DNA of 48,726 nucleotides from a virus (lineage: Duplodnaviria > Caudoviricetes). This document shows positions 8,606 through 18,686 of the stretch, in pieces (within the stretch, counting starts at the first letter, position 1; every line of letters starts with the position of its first letter). Where the stretch lies: the IMG/VR virus record IMGVR_UViG_3300025517_000003, positions 1 to 48,726 of that record, one strand, 5' to 3'. Both the position numbers and the translations under genes were made by a program. Under the pieces are notes generated by a model, which saw nothing but the letters and a program-made list of their open reading frames with translations, was not told the origin of the DNA and searched no databases.

Positions 8606-8932
8606 TCAGAATAATTTGATACCGACAAGTCCAGCGACAATGACCAGAAGTAAAAAGAAGGCTTTCCAAAGATTTTCCATAAATTTATCCAGCTTCGGGC
8701 TGAACGTTTGAACAGCTTCGGAAATGCCTTCCAGTTCTTTTGTGATTGACTTGATTTCTAGCTTCAGCTCGCGCAGTTCCTCTTCTAGCATGCGGATGCG
8801 TTCATGCGCTTTATCGGCGCTGATTTGCCCAGCGTCTACTTTTGCACGAAGTTCTTGCAGCTTCACTTCGTATTCAGCGAACTTCGATTCTAGCTGTTTT
8901 TGTAGTTCTTCGATGCTGATTATGGGCGTCAT
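8606..8932 (-). CDS. XhlA-like coiled-coil protein with C-terminal TM (lysis accessory)
   Basis: Heptad-rich N-terminus, hydrophobic C-terminus, upstream of endolysin. Confidence 0.6.
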   Translation of the reverse strand: MTPIISIEELQKQLESKFAEYEVKLQELRAKVDAGQISADKAHERIRMLEEELRELKLEIKSITKELEGISEAVQTFSPKLDKFMENLWKAFFLLLVIVAGLVGIKLF

Positions 8933-8933
8933 C

Positions 8934-9083
8934 TTATGACTCCCCTTTTCCCGCTTGCAGCTGTTTCAATTGCGCGATTAAGATAGCTTTTTCTGTTTCC
9001 AGTTGTGCGATTCTTGCTGCAAGATTATTGATTACTTCATGGACGTCGACTTGTATTTCTTGCGGATTCGTTTTTTCTTGCAT
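8934..9083 (-). CDS. Small coiled-coil protein (49 aa), not in ORF track
   Basis: MQEKTNPQEIQVDVHEVINNLAARIAQLETEKAILIAQLKQLQAGKGES*; RBS GAAGGGG. Confidence 0.65.
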   Translation of the reverse strand: MQEKTNPQEIQVDVHEVINNLAARIAQLETEKAILIAQLKQLQAGKGES

Positions 9084-9519
9084 CTTTATCAAACCCCTTC
9101 ATTTGCGCGCGCATTTTTGCACCTTCTTCGCGCATTTTTTTGATTTTGTCTTTATTCCGCGCAACATATTTCTTGATTTCAGCTGCACGGTTTTTCTTTT
9201 TTAAGTCAGGTCGCTTCGCCCACATCAGATTCCTGATGAATCGCCGCGCATTCGTTTCTTGCGTATCCATTAATGCTTCCACGACATCCGCTTCGTCTTC
9301 TTCGAATTCGGGTATATTGACATTCACAGTCATCCAGACTTCTTTGCCGTTTGAAGCGCAGTGTGGACATTTCAGCGAAAGATTTTCGTATTCCTGGAAT
9401 TCAGCTAAAAATTTCGGCGAATAGTCAGACACGTCATGTGTTGAATCCTTTCCGCAAATGTGACAGACGACAGTCACTGTGTCGCCTATCACCACCTTCA
9501 CGCCTCCGCGATGATTCAT
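9037..9519 (-). CDS. Zinc-ribbon protein
   Basis: CHIC...CPHC; start trimmed to the ATG after RBS AAAGGGGGA. Confidence 0.6.
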   Translation of the reverse strand: MNHRGGVKVVIGDTVTVVCHICGKDSTHDVSDYSPKFLAEFQEYENLSLKCPHCASNGKEVWMTVNVNIPEFEEDEADVVEALMDTQETNARRFIRNLMWAKRPDLKKKNRAAEIKKYVARNKDKIKKMREEGAKMRAQMKGFDKDARKNESARNTSRRP

Positions 9520-9532
9520 GCAGATTCCCCCT

Positions 9533-12500
9533 TTATGCCGAATAGTTTCCACGCCAGAATCTGAATGTCGTCGAGCCACCGCCTTCGACGTATAACCAGA
9601 AGCCATGCGGCGTGATATTAATGATTTGCGGCGAAGTATTGCCAGCACTTGTCACCGTGCTGACACTTGAAGGCGTGTAGCTTTTCCTTGTGCGGAAGTT
9701 CACGCCTGTTCCAGCGCAGGCAGCGGTTGACCCGCCACCCATTCCGCCGACGCCGCAAAAGCCTACTTCAACGTTGCTAGTCATGAAATGCCCGCCGCTA
9801 CTTTCTGCGTACCATGTATTCCCTGGCGCACCGACTCCGTTGATTGAAAAAGGTCCGAATAAGCGGACAGTATCGTAGAATTCGGATTCGACGCCGCTTT
9901 CAACCTTGAATATGACTTTTGGATAGTAACCATAATTTTTGAACGTCCATCCATACGCAAGCTGATTATCCAACGGGAACCAAGTGACTATGTCCGCAAT
10001 GATTTCCATGTCACCGCCAAACTGTCCGACGCCGCCGATGATTTTAGCCATATCATTAAAAACAATGCTCTTTATGGCTGAAGCGCCTTCATAGTAACCT
10101 AAATATAGGTTATTTCCGATATAAGCATCTTCTGAAATAGTGATGCTGCCGCCCAGGATGATTGCGTTTGACATGTAGACAGTCCCGTTTGCTTGCACAC
10201 GGAATGGTGCCAGTTCACGATTTTCCTTCGATTCACCAGCCCATATACGAACATCTTGATAGTGTTCAGGGTCGCCGTCTACCATTCCAGCATTTCCGAC
10301 ATCTATTGAAGTCCCCGTTATAGTTCCGCCATAGATACGTTCCGCGCTCATTGTTCCAGCCGTAATGACACCAGCGTCCAACCCAGCCGCGCTGATGTGA
10401 TTCGTCGTAATGGCGCCCGCCGCGATTTCATTCGCCGTAATGGCTCCGACTGCGATTTCATTCGCCGTTATGGTGCGTGTCGCGATTTTGTCCGCAGTGA
10501 TGGTTCTGCTGGCGATTTGTGTCGCAGTGATTGTACCAGCTGCGATTTTTTCTGCCGTGATACTTCCAGCGCCGATTCGCGCAGCATCCAGCGTCCCTGT
10601 TGTGATTTTTGCTGCGTCCAGGCTACTGATTTTTGCGTTTGTGACGGCTGCATCCTGGATTGCCGCCGTTCCGACAGCAAGATTTGCGATTTTGGTCGCA
10701 GTGACAGAACTATCCGCCAGTTTCTCCGCAGTGACAGCAAGGTCAGCCAGCTTTTCGTCTGTGATTGCGCCGTTCGCGATTTTTTCCAGCGTGACAGCAA
10801 GCGCTGCAATTTTTTCTTCAGTAACCGCAACATCCGCCAGCTTTTCACTGACGATGGCTTGATTTGCGATTTGTTCCGTTTGCAGCTGTCCTAACATTTC
10901 GGACAAGTCAGTTCGGCTGATTTTTGTCCAGCTGGTTCCGTCCCACTGCTTCCAGACAGGCGGCGTGACAGACGTGTCTATCCATAAGTCATAGACTTCA
11001 GGAAAGGCGGGTGCACTGTTCCCCTTCGTGATTTTGCGTTCTGCGTATTGTTCGACGAATTCTTGCGATTGTGCAACAGCGCCGCCTTCCACGTTTGTTG
11101 TGACGTCTGCTTCCGCGTCCTCAATCGCCGCAGCAAGACGGTCAACAGCCGCTTCATAAGCGATACGCGCAGCGTCCACGGCGTCCCTTTCTGCTTGTGT
11201 GACGTCTAGGTCGCCTATTGCGGTATTTATAGCGGCGATTAAGTCCGACAGTTTACTGTCGTAGTTTGCTTTTGCGGCGTTTAATTCGTCAATGATAGGT
11301 TGAGTTTTTAGATATTCCTGCGCAAGAAGGCGACTTACTTGATAGTCCACGCGCATCTTCAAGTCCACCAGCGCCGCCTTTTCGGACTTATAAGCAGCAA
11401 TGTCTGCTTTGCTTTGTGCGCCGTTTGGCGTTTCCGCACCTACTTCGATTGCTTGTGTCGGCGTAGCTTTACGCCATGTCGTTCCGTCCCAGCGCTTTAA
11501 AACTTCTGGCTCTGTTGAAGTGTCTAGCCATAGTTGCCCAGGTTGCGGATTTGTTGGCGGCGTGTTTGCTTTGTGAATTGTTTCCCCGCCGCTGTTCCAG
11601 CGTTCTTCGTTTTCACGCACCTTTTCGAGCAGTTGCGCAAGCTGGTCTTCTACGGTGATTTCCAGCTCGACGAAGTTGCCTAGCTTCACATAATCGCGTT
11701 CAGGGTCAGTCATACTGAAGCCAGCTTCGATGACGCGCGCTTCCAATACAAGCGGCGGCTCGAAAGACAAGTCTTCTACAATTAGCGTGTCGCCCAGACG
11801 AACGGTTTCGTGCGCGTATTCTCCGCCAGTCAGGTTTTCAAGTAGCACGACATCTACTTCGTACGTGATTTTTGGTTCGGTATGCTTTTGAAGATAGTCC
11901 CATGCGACTTGCAGCAACACATTTGCCGCAGTTTCTTCAGTTTTCAAGACGCCCATCAGATGCTGCCCATCGTCTGACCAACGTGCCAGCGCATCAGGGT
12001 CGCCGATAAAGTCCTGTCCTAGCGGCTTCGTGACAATCGTGCCATATTTATTTGTGAACGTTCCAGAAGCGTCAGCAAGCGTCACTTCGTTTCCATTTAT
12101 GTCTTTCTTTCCGACTGCGATGACTGCCGTGAAAAGTTCACTCGTGTCTTCTGTTCGGACGATACTTTTGATGTCTTTCGAATACGTGAAGCGCTTGCCT
12201 GTTTCTTGCCCGCGACGTTCTAACAAGTCGACGCGGCGGCGGATGATTCGCGCACCATCCAGTTCGATACGAAAGCGCACTTCAGCTTCGAAAGCATCCT
12301 TGATTTCCTGAATTGCCGCAACAGCTGTCGGGTAGTCATTGAATGCGAAGTTCTTGCTGCCCGTGACTTGAATTTCGCCTGGCTGCCATAGCGTTCCTTC
12401 CAGCACTGCTTGCAGCGCAGTGACAGGCGACGCTCCCGATAAATTCGTCGGACGGACGATGGTCTTTAACAATTCCAGTGCTGCATTTTCCGCAAAGACT

Positions 12501-12772
12501 TGCTTATATAGAAGTCCATCAGCGTCGTGTATCGTCTGGATTTCGCGGATTTTCAACAGAACAAGCTGTCCGTCCTTGTCATGGATTGCGACATAGTTTT
12601 CGACTTTCACATGGCTTGCGACATCGTTATCCGCAGGACACTTGAATTCAAAGACAGCCATTCCGTCTTCAACCGTTTCGACAAATAAGTCGTCCCAGAA
12701 TGGAACGCCTTCAGGGATGTCATTCGACAGCACCCCACGCACGATTCCGTCTAAGTCAATAACATAAATCAT
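9533..12772 (-). CDS. Tail spike/host-specificity protein (Tal/prophage-tail N-terminus, repeat-rich fibre)
   Basis: Follows Dit; baseplate-hub-like N-terminus, duplicated WxDTS..WDGTxW motif, 10-aa ITAxKIAxGx repeats. Confidence 0.85.
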   Translation of the reverse strand: MIYVIDLDGIVRGVLSNDIPEGVPFWDDLFVETVEDGMAVFEFKCPADNDVASHVKVENYVAIHDKDGQLVLLKIREIQTIHDADGLLYKQVFAENAALELLKTIVRPTNLSGASPVTALQAVLEGTLWQPGEIQVTGSKNFAFNDYPTAVAAIQEIKDAFEAEVRFRIELDGARIIRRRVDLLERRGQETGKRFTYSKDIKSIVRTEDTSELFTAVIAVGKKDINGNEVTLADASGTFTNKYGTIVTKPLGQDFIGDPDALARWSDDGQHLMGVLKTEETAANVLLQVAWDYLQKHTEPKITYEVDVVLLENLTGGEYAHETVRLGDTLIVEDLSFEPPLVLEARVIEAGFSMTDPERDYVKLGNFVELEITVEDQLAQLLEKVRENEERWNSGGETIHKANTPPTNPQPGQLWLDTSTEPEVLKRWDGTTWRKATPTQAIEVGAETPNGAQSKADIAAYKSEKAALVDLKMRVDYQVSRLLAQEYLKTQPIIDELNAAKANYDSKLSDLIAAINTAIGDLDVTQAERDAVDAARIAYEAAVDRLAAAIEDAEADVTTNVEGGAVAQSQEFVEQYAERKITKGNSAPAFPEVYDLWIDTSVTPPVWKQWDGTSWTKISRTDLSEMLGQLQTEQIANQAIVSEKLADVAVTEEKIAALAVTLEKIANGAITDEKLADLAVTAEKLADSSVTATKIANLAVGTAAIQDAAVTNAKISSLDAAKITTGTLDAARIGAGSITAEKIAAGTITATQIASRTITADKIATRTITANEIAVGAITANEIAAGAITTNHISAAGLDAGVITAGTMSAERIYGGTITGTSIDVGNAGMVDGDPEHYQDVRIWAGESKENRELAPFRVQANGTVYMSNAIILGGSITISEDAYIGNNLYLGYYEGASAIKSIVFNDMAKIIGGVGQFGGDMEIIADIVTWFPLDNQLAYGWTFKNYGYYPKVIFKVESGVESEFYDTVRLFGPFSINGVGAPGNTWYAESSGGHFMTSNVEVGFCGVGGMGGGSTAACAGTGVNFRTRKSYTPSSVSTVTSAGNTSPQIINITPHGFWLYVEGGGSTTFRFWRGNYSA

Positions 12773-12844
12773 GCGCGCATTCCCCTTTCGTTTTATAGTT
12801 CAAGTTCAATAGAAAAATATAATAATAATAAAAAGCCGCCGACA

Positions 12845-14275
12845 TTATCGCCAACGGCTTCTATAAGTGATTTCCACGTCTGCGACGCCACCAGGGACGC
12901 CTAGCGTTTCAGTTCCAGGATTCAGCGCAAAGAACTGCGAACCAGGAACCATGTACCTGATTGCGTCCACTTCATTCAGAATGACGCGCCCTTTTGCCAT
13001 GTCGATTTCCAGCACATCACCCGCGCGGAATATTTGATTCACTTCCGTTCCAGGTTGTACTTCGTTCAGCTTCCAGAACTTGATGTCCTCAACGTACATG
13101 GCAGTGGCTGGATGTTCGCCAAACGCATTGATAGCCACGACGACTGATGTAATAGGGTCTGCGAACTTCGCGTTAACGTCGATTGTGCGAACCGCAGTAG
13201 ACCACGTTTGACGTCCGTTTCTAATTTGCCCATAATAAGCGTTGATTTTATTGCCTTCATAGCGTCGCATACGGAACAGTCCGTCGAAGTCATTCAGATT
13301 CTTGTCTTTTCTGTCCAGGATGACGTCGCGATATCCAAAGTATCCTAGCGCTGTCTGTGCGCGGTTCATTTCCACATTCAGATTGTCTTCCCTCATCGTC
13401 ATCTTGCCGATGATTTCGTTCGAAGCGTTTCGGAAGTAGAAGTCGATTTTTCCCATCTGGCGCGCAGCATCATTCCCTATACTTTTCATCTGCACTTTTG
13501 CCTGGAATAAGAAGTCTGTCAACGGTTCATCTAATGGCTTCGATATTGCGCTACCATGCCATGCGTTGCCCTCTCCGAAGTCTTGAACGCTGAAGGAATA
13601 GCCGTTTGTGACGATTCCTGCGCCAGTCAGTTGATTATCTTCGAGTGTCCCAGATAGGGGCGTCCATCCAGTCAGGCTTTCGCATCTGTCCCAGAAAATA
13701 AGTTCTTCATAAGGTTTCGGCGTCGTTTCAGTGTCCTGGAACGTTCCCAGCTGCAGGTACCTGTCCCCAGCTATTACGGCGAAGGCTGGCGTATCTTGCG
13801 TGAACGTTGCCTTGATGACTGGAAAAACGGGTGCATCGCCATAGATTTCGATGTTTTCGATTCCGTCTAAGTTTGTTGACGGAATAGTCGCAAGATAGCT
13901 GGCACCGTATCCGAACGGTTCAGCAACCAGGAAGCGCAACGTAGCCCTAGCCGTATGCATCGCTTGCGTCAGCTGCGTGTCTTCAGTAAGAATGGCGCGA
14001 TATTCAACGCCAGGCTTGTCGCTAAATTCCAGCGGAACCAGGACGTCTGTATCCAATACTTCAGCCAGCTGCGCCCGCTTCGTTTCGATGTCGCCAATGA
14101 ACATGATGTCGACTTCAAAGATTCGCGCATCATTCTTTTTCCCGAATAAATAAACGCCGTCGCGTTTTGGCACGTTAAGCGTTTGAAGAACACGCGGCGC
14201 AAGAATATCACGCCGCACGTCCAAGATTTTTGCGTAGTTCGAGAGAATGACGCCGTTAAAAATGACATCTATCAT
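12845..14275 (-). CDS. Distal tail protein (Dit) with large insertion
   Basis: Position after TMP; FNG...VPKRDG start and FFALNPG...YRSRWR end; 476 aa. Confidence 0.85.
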   Translation of the reverse strand: MIDVIFNGVILSNYAKILDVRRDILAPRVLQTLNVPKRDGVYLFGKKNDARIFEVDIMFIGDIETKRAQLAEVLDTDVLVPLEFSDKPGVEYRAILTEDTQLTQAMHTARATLRFLVAEPFGYGASYLATIPSTNLDGIENIEIYGDAPVFPVIKATFTQDTPAFAVIAGDRYLQLGTFQDTETTPKPYEELIFWDRCESLTGWTPLSGTLEDNQLTGAGIVTNGYSFSVQDFGEGNAWHGSAISKPLDEPLTDFLFQAKVQMKSIGNDAARQMGKIDFYFRNASNEIIGKMTMREDNLNVEMNRAQTALGYFGYRDVILDRKDKNLNDFDGLFRMRRYEGNKINAYYGQIRNGRQTWSTAVRTIDVNAKFADPITSVVVAINAFGEHPATAMYVEDIKFWKLNEVQPGTEVNQIFRAGDVLEIDMAKGRVILNEVDAIRYMVPGSQFFALNPGTETLGVPGGVADVEITYRSRWR

Positions 14276-17200
14276 TTAACAGCACCCCTTGCCCTTGTTT
14301 TGTTTAATTTCATTCGACGAAGTTCTTCGTCAGTGAAGCGCGCTGTCGCACGTCCCACTTCACGCCCATCTATTACGACAGGAATTTCAAAGAAATATTC
14401 GACAGGCTGCGCATCCGTAACAGTAGCTGGCGTCGGTTTGTAGTCATACGCAGCCGCAGGATAAACGCCGCCGCTGCGATAGTTGCGAACTGTTGCCATA
14501 TTAGGCGCCTTGACTTCGGACATATTCGGAATGGCGGCAGCCCCCATGATTTCCGCGCTCTTGCGCACAGTTTCCACCATGTTTGATAGACCGATTGCCA
14601 TTCCTTCGCCTGTCCATTCACCCATCTGCATCATGACTTTTGAAGGTGAATGGATGTCCAGGACTTTTGAGATTCCGCCAGAGATGGCGCCACCGATTTC
14701 TTTCACTTTTGCCGCGACGCTGCCAACCATCGAGCCGATACCGTTTATCAATCCGCGGATGATGTCCTTCCCGATGTCGAATAAGTCGATGCTGCTGATT
14801 TCGTCCAGGATTGCCCTGCCGATTTTAAGCGCAGCACTGATAACTTCCCCTATGATGGACAGTAAACCGTCTACAAGCGCAAGAATTAATTCCACGCCCG
14901 CAGCAAATATGTCATCCAGATGATTCAAGATTTCCTTGATTAGCGTGATTACCAGCGTGATTGCTGCGCCAATCAGCATCGGAATCATCTGAATAAGTCC
15001 GTCGATTAAAGCCATCACCAGCTTGATACCAGCGGTTAGAATGGCAGGTAAGTTCTGAATGAGTGTGTCCACAATTGCGAATAAAAGCGTGATTGCTGCG
15101 TCAATTAGGATAGGAAGAACTTGAATAAGTCCTTCTACCAGCGCAAACAGGATTTGAATACCTGCTTCAATAATCGCTGGCAGTGCCTCAATCAGCGTCG
15201 TCACGATTGCCATTATTAGTGTGATAGCCGACTCGATAAGCAGCGGCAGCACTGAAAGGATTCCTTGAATTAGGGACATCAGAAGCGTGATTCCTGTTTC
15301 GATGATTAGCGGAAGCATTTGAACGATTCCATTGATTAGTGTCATCAGTACTTGAATTCCCGCAAGAAGGATTTGTGGCAGCGCTGCGACGATTGCGCCA
15401 ATTAAAGTTGTGATGACTTTAATTGCGGTAGTCAGGATTTGCGGAAGCGCCGTTCCGATTCCACTGATTAGCGCAGTCAGGATTTGAATGCCCGCTTCAA
15501 TGAATAAAGGCAGCGCATCCGTCAGCGTTTCAGTGAATGAAGTCACAAGCTGCGTGATAACATTAAGGATTGTCGGAATTTGCGACAGGATTCCGTCCAG
15601 TATTCCTACAATGACTTGAATGCCTGCGTCCAGGAACAGCGGTAGATTCGCAAGGAATGTATCAATCATTCCAGTTACGAATTCGACGACTTTGTCCATC
15701 AGTTCAGGAACAGTCAAGCCCATTCCGTCAGCGATTGCGCTAATTAGGTTCGTACCGACGATAATCAGGCGCGGAATTCCGCCTAATAACAAGCCGATAA
15801 GTGTCGGAATGAATTTTGCCGCGACTTCTGCGATTCCACTGAAGTCCAGGTTCATCGCTTTTGTGAACGCAGTTTGTAGGTTAGTTCCGAAGTTCTTCAC
15901 CTTGTCTACGACAGTGTCGACGATAGGCGCCACGACTCCCAAGACTTTCCCGAATACTTCGGACGCTTTTGACCAGAACGCCTGAAGCGCAGGAATGACG
16001 TCAGTCCTGAAGACTTCAGAAACTGCTTGCGCCGCTTGTTTCAAGAAGCCGAATGTTGCAATCCCAGCAGCTTTAACAGCATTCATAGCTTTTTCAAAGT
16101 ACGCTTTGAACGTATCCGAACGTTTATATAGCATATAGATGGCGATGCCAAGTGCGATGACAGCAGCGATGACACCGAACACGACGCCTGCGTATGTCAT
16201 CATCGTTCCGACTGATATCCCGAATACGGTGGCAACAGTTTTAAGCCCTTCAACAAGCATCGGCAAGAAGCCAATGAATACCAGTAGTGCACCGCCCGCG
16301 ATTGCCATGACAGATGAAATAGCAAGCGCAAAGGCGACGAAACGCTTTTCACCTTCAGTCAGATTGTTGAACCATTCGACAGCGCCCTGGATGACGCGCA
16401 CCATGAACTTGATTACTGGCAGCAGCGCGTTTCCGATAGATATTGCCGCCGTTTCCAGCGCCCCTTGCAGTTCTTCTAACTGTCCCATTAAGTTATCTAA
16501 CTGCTTGTTTGCGATTTCTTCCGCTGCTCCGCCCGCATTCCGCAGCTCTTTCGTAAAATCGACTAACGTGTCTTCTCCCGCTTCCATCAGCGTCAGGATT
16601 GCTTTCATAGATTCAGCGCCGAAGATTGTACTGATTGCATGCAGCTTCTGCTCGTCTGTCAATTTGCTGGTTGCGGTTGTCAACCGTCCGATGATTTCGT
16701 GCAGCGGCAGCATTTTTCCGTTCGCGTCAAACGCATTGAAGCCCAGTTCCTGCATGATTTCCGCGGCTTCTTTTGTCGGGGATGCCAAACGTGTTAAAGA
16801 CATCGCAAGCGATGTACCAGCCATTGAACCTTGAATTCCCGCGTTACCTAATAAACCAACAGCAGCGGACATTTCTTCCAATTCCATACCTAGTGCGTTC
16901 GCTGTCGGCGCAAGATATTTCATCGTTTCGCCCAACATTGATAGGTTAGTATTACTAGACGTAAATGTCTTTGTCAGAACGTCAGCGACGCGTGCTGTTT
17001 CGGATGCTTGCAAACCGAAGCCCGACAAGATGTTTGAAGTGATGTCTGCGGTGCTCGCCAGGTCTATCTGCCCCGCAGCAGCCGCGTTCAACAGCCCTGG
17101 CATCGCTGCGATGATTTCATTCGTGTCATAGCCAGCCATCGCAAGATATGACATACCTTCTGCGGCTTCACTTGCGCTGAAGACGGTTTTAGCGCCTAAT

Positions 17201-17460
17201 TGTTCCGCAGTCTTTGTAAGTTTTGCAAGTTCGCTGTCCGTCGCGCCAGATAATGCGCCGACGCGTGACATGGCTTTTTCAAAGTCGGCAGTAGTCTTGA
17301 TAGCCATGCCCAGCCCTGCCGCTGTCGATGTTCCTACTGCCATCATTCCAGCCCCGACGGCTTTTGCCACCCCAGCGGCTTGTTTTTGAACGCTGTCTAA
17401 CCTGTCGAACGTACTCGAAAAGTTATCAATCGCACTAATGACGAACTGAATGTCAGCCAT
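14272..17460 (-). CDS. Tape measure protein (TP901-type core)
   Basis: FSASEAAEGMSYLAMAG, AGIQGSMAGTSL, amphipathic repeats, IHSPSKV. Confidence 0.95.
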   Translation of the reverse strand: MADIQFVISAIDNFSSTFDRLDSVQKQAAGVAKAVGAGMMAVGTSTAAGLGMAIKTTADFEKAMSRVGALSGATDSELAKLTKTAEQLGAKTVFSASEAAEGMSYLAMAGYDTNEIIAAMPGLLNAAAAGQIDLASTADITSNILSGFGLQASETARVADVLTKTFTSSNTNLSMLGETMKYLAPTANALGMELEEMSAAVGLLGNAGIQGSMAGTSLAMSLTRLASPTKEAAEIMQELGFNAFDANGKMLPLHEIIGRLTTATSKLTDEQKLHAISTIFGAESMKAILTLMEAGEDTLVDFTKELRNAGGAAEEIANKQLDNLMGQLEELQGALETAAISIGNALLPVIKFMVRVIQGAVEWFNNLTEGEKRFVAFALAISSVMAIAGGALLVFIGFLPMLVEGLKTVATVFGISVGTMMTYAGVVFGVIAAVIALGIAIYMLYKRSDTFKAYFEKAMNAVKAAGIATFGFLKQAAQAVSEVFRTDVIPALQAFWSKASEVFGKVLGVVAPIVDTVVDKVKNFGTNLQTAFTKAMNLDFSGIAEVAAKFIPTLIGLLLGGIPRLIIVGTNLISAIADGMGLTVPELMDKVVEFVTGMIDTFLANLPLFLDAGIQVIVGILDGILSQIPTILNVITQLVTSFTETLTDALPLFIEAGIQILTALISGIGTALPQILTTAIKVITTLIGAIVAALPQILLAGIQVLMTLINGIVQMLPLIIETGITLLMSLIQGILSVLPLLIESAITLIMAIVTTLIEALPAIIEAGIQILFALVEGLIQVLPILIDAAITLLFAIVDTLIQNLPAILTAGIKLVMALIDGLIQMIPMLIGAAITLVITLIKEILNHLDDIFAAGVELILALVDGLLSIIGEVISAALKIGRAILDEISSIDLFDIGKDIIRGLINGIGSMVGSVAAKVKEIGGAISGGISKVLDIHSPSKVMMQMGEWTGEGMAIGLSNMVETVRKSAEIMGAAAIPNMSEVKAPNMATVRNYRSGGVYPAAAYDYKPTPATVTDAQPVEYFFEIPVVIDGREVGRATARFTDEELRRMKLNKTRARGAVK

Positions 17461-17518
17461 GCTTTTCCCTTCCTTTCAAATATAAATAAAAAACAACCCC
17501 AGCGCCTTGCCGCCAGGG

Positions 17519-17794
17519 TCATCTTCTTCCGCGCTTTCGTTGCGCTTCTCGTTCTTCCTCTTTGCGTTTCATTTCCCAGAAGACTTTCCAGAACTGTATT
17601 TCATTTGCATTGATTCCTTCGTCGAAGTGTTCAATGTGAATGTAGTCCTGCCCTACCAATGGACGCAAAGATTCTGGAACATGTATGCGGGAATAGCGAC
17701 GACGTTCGCCAGTCAGTTCGCCAACCGTCATGCCATGCGCGTCGGCGATTTCATAAAGCGCGCGCGTCATCGGGTCGGCGGTTAGTCGTTTTTT
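17519..17794 (-). CDS. C-terminal part of the frameshifted tail assembly chaperone (gpGT-like)
   Basis: The -1 frame at A AAA AAC (17788-17794) reads KRLTADPMTRALYE into ORF 17519-17770. Confidence 0.8.
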   Translation of the reverse strand, partial: KKRLTADPMTRALYEIADAHGMTVGELTGERRRYSRIHVPESLRPLVGQDYIHIEHFDEGINANEIQFWKVFWEMKRKEEEREAQRKRGRR

Positions 17795-18135
17795 ACTTGC
17801 TGTTGCATATCTTCAGTAAGCCCAGACAATTCGAAGATTCTTTTTGCCAGCTGCGCGATTTCTTTGATACTTTTCTTGTTTTCAAAGACAGCCAGGTCAG
17901 CTTCTTCGAAGACTTTTTCACCTTCTGGCGTTTCGCATCCGTAAAGAACCGCAAGGATTGTCATGCGGATATGGTCATCTTTCCCCGCCTTCATAACCTT
18001 CTTTAAGTCCGCACCAGTCAGCGTTTTAACGGGAATTTCTGTGTCCCATTCTTCCACGTAGACTGTGTCATATTTAACATCATCAGAAGCTAATACTTTT
18101 TGACGAATTGCTTTAACATCGAATTTTTTAGCCAT
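17782..18135 (-). CDS. Tail assembly chaperone (gpG-like)
   Basis: Between tail tube and TMP; ends in a slippery heptamer. Confidence 0.85.
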   Translation of the reverse strand: MAKKFDVKAIRQKVLASDDVKYDTVYVEEWDTEIPVKTLTGADLKKVMKAGKDDHIRMTILAVLYGCETPEGEKVFEEADLAVFENKKSIKEIAQLAKRIFELSGLTEDMQQQVKND

Positions 18136-18272
18136 TTTTCATTCCCCCGAAGAATTTTAATTTAGATTTTCCCGATTTTTATTGCCAGCCAGGCGGTTCG
18201 GGATACCGCTTTTCGCGTGCGCTGCGCTATGCTGGCAAGTTTATTCGCTTTGCGTTATCGCATTACGAGTGT

Positions 18273-18665
18273 TTACGGCGTGATTGTGCTGCCGTCGATT
18301 AGTTCGCCGTCGCCAGTGAATGTGACGGTCGTTTCGATTACGTCGTCATAACTTACGGAGCGTTCCACGTCGATTGATGCCGTTCCACGGAACGCAGGAT
18401 AAGCGTCATCCGCTTTGTCGTAGAAGTCGATGACGACTTTGTCTGTCAGATATGCGAACCAGAACACGTCCGCGTCGATGCAAGTCGCATCACCTTCCCA
18501 CGAAAGCATCCCGATTTCATGTGTTTCATAGTCTTGTTGCGCTGCACTTGTGTCGATTTTGTTTGATTCGATAGAGATTGACCATTCGCGCAGTTTCATG
18601 AGTTCTACTGGCGTGCCTTGCACGTCCATTGTGACTTTCGCATATTGTCCAGTCTTTACAGCCAT
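18273..18665 (-). CDS. Major tail tube protein
   Basis: Position; beta-rich; ends TVTFTGDGEL. Confidence 0.8.
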   Translation of the reverse strand: MAVKTGQYAKVTMDVQGTPVELMKLREWSISIESNKIDTSAAQQDYETHEIGMLSWEGDATCIDADVFWFAYLTDKVVIDFYDKADDAYPAFRGTASIDVERSVSYDDVIETTVTFTGDGELIDGSTITP

Positions 18666-18686
18666 CGTGATTTCCTCCTTGTTTTA

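Noticed and set aside
9533-10300. Diversity-generating retroelement target in the tail tip
   Set aside because: No reverse transcriptase gene and no template/variable repeat pair seen
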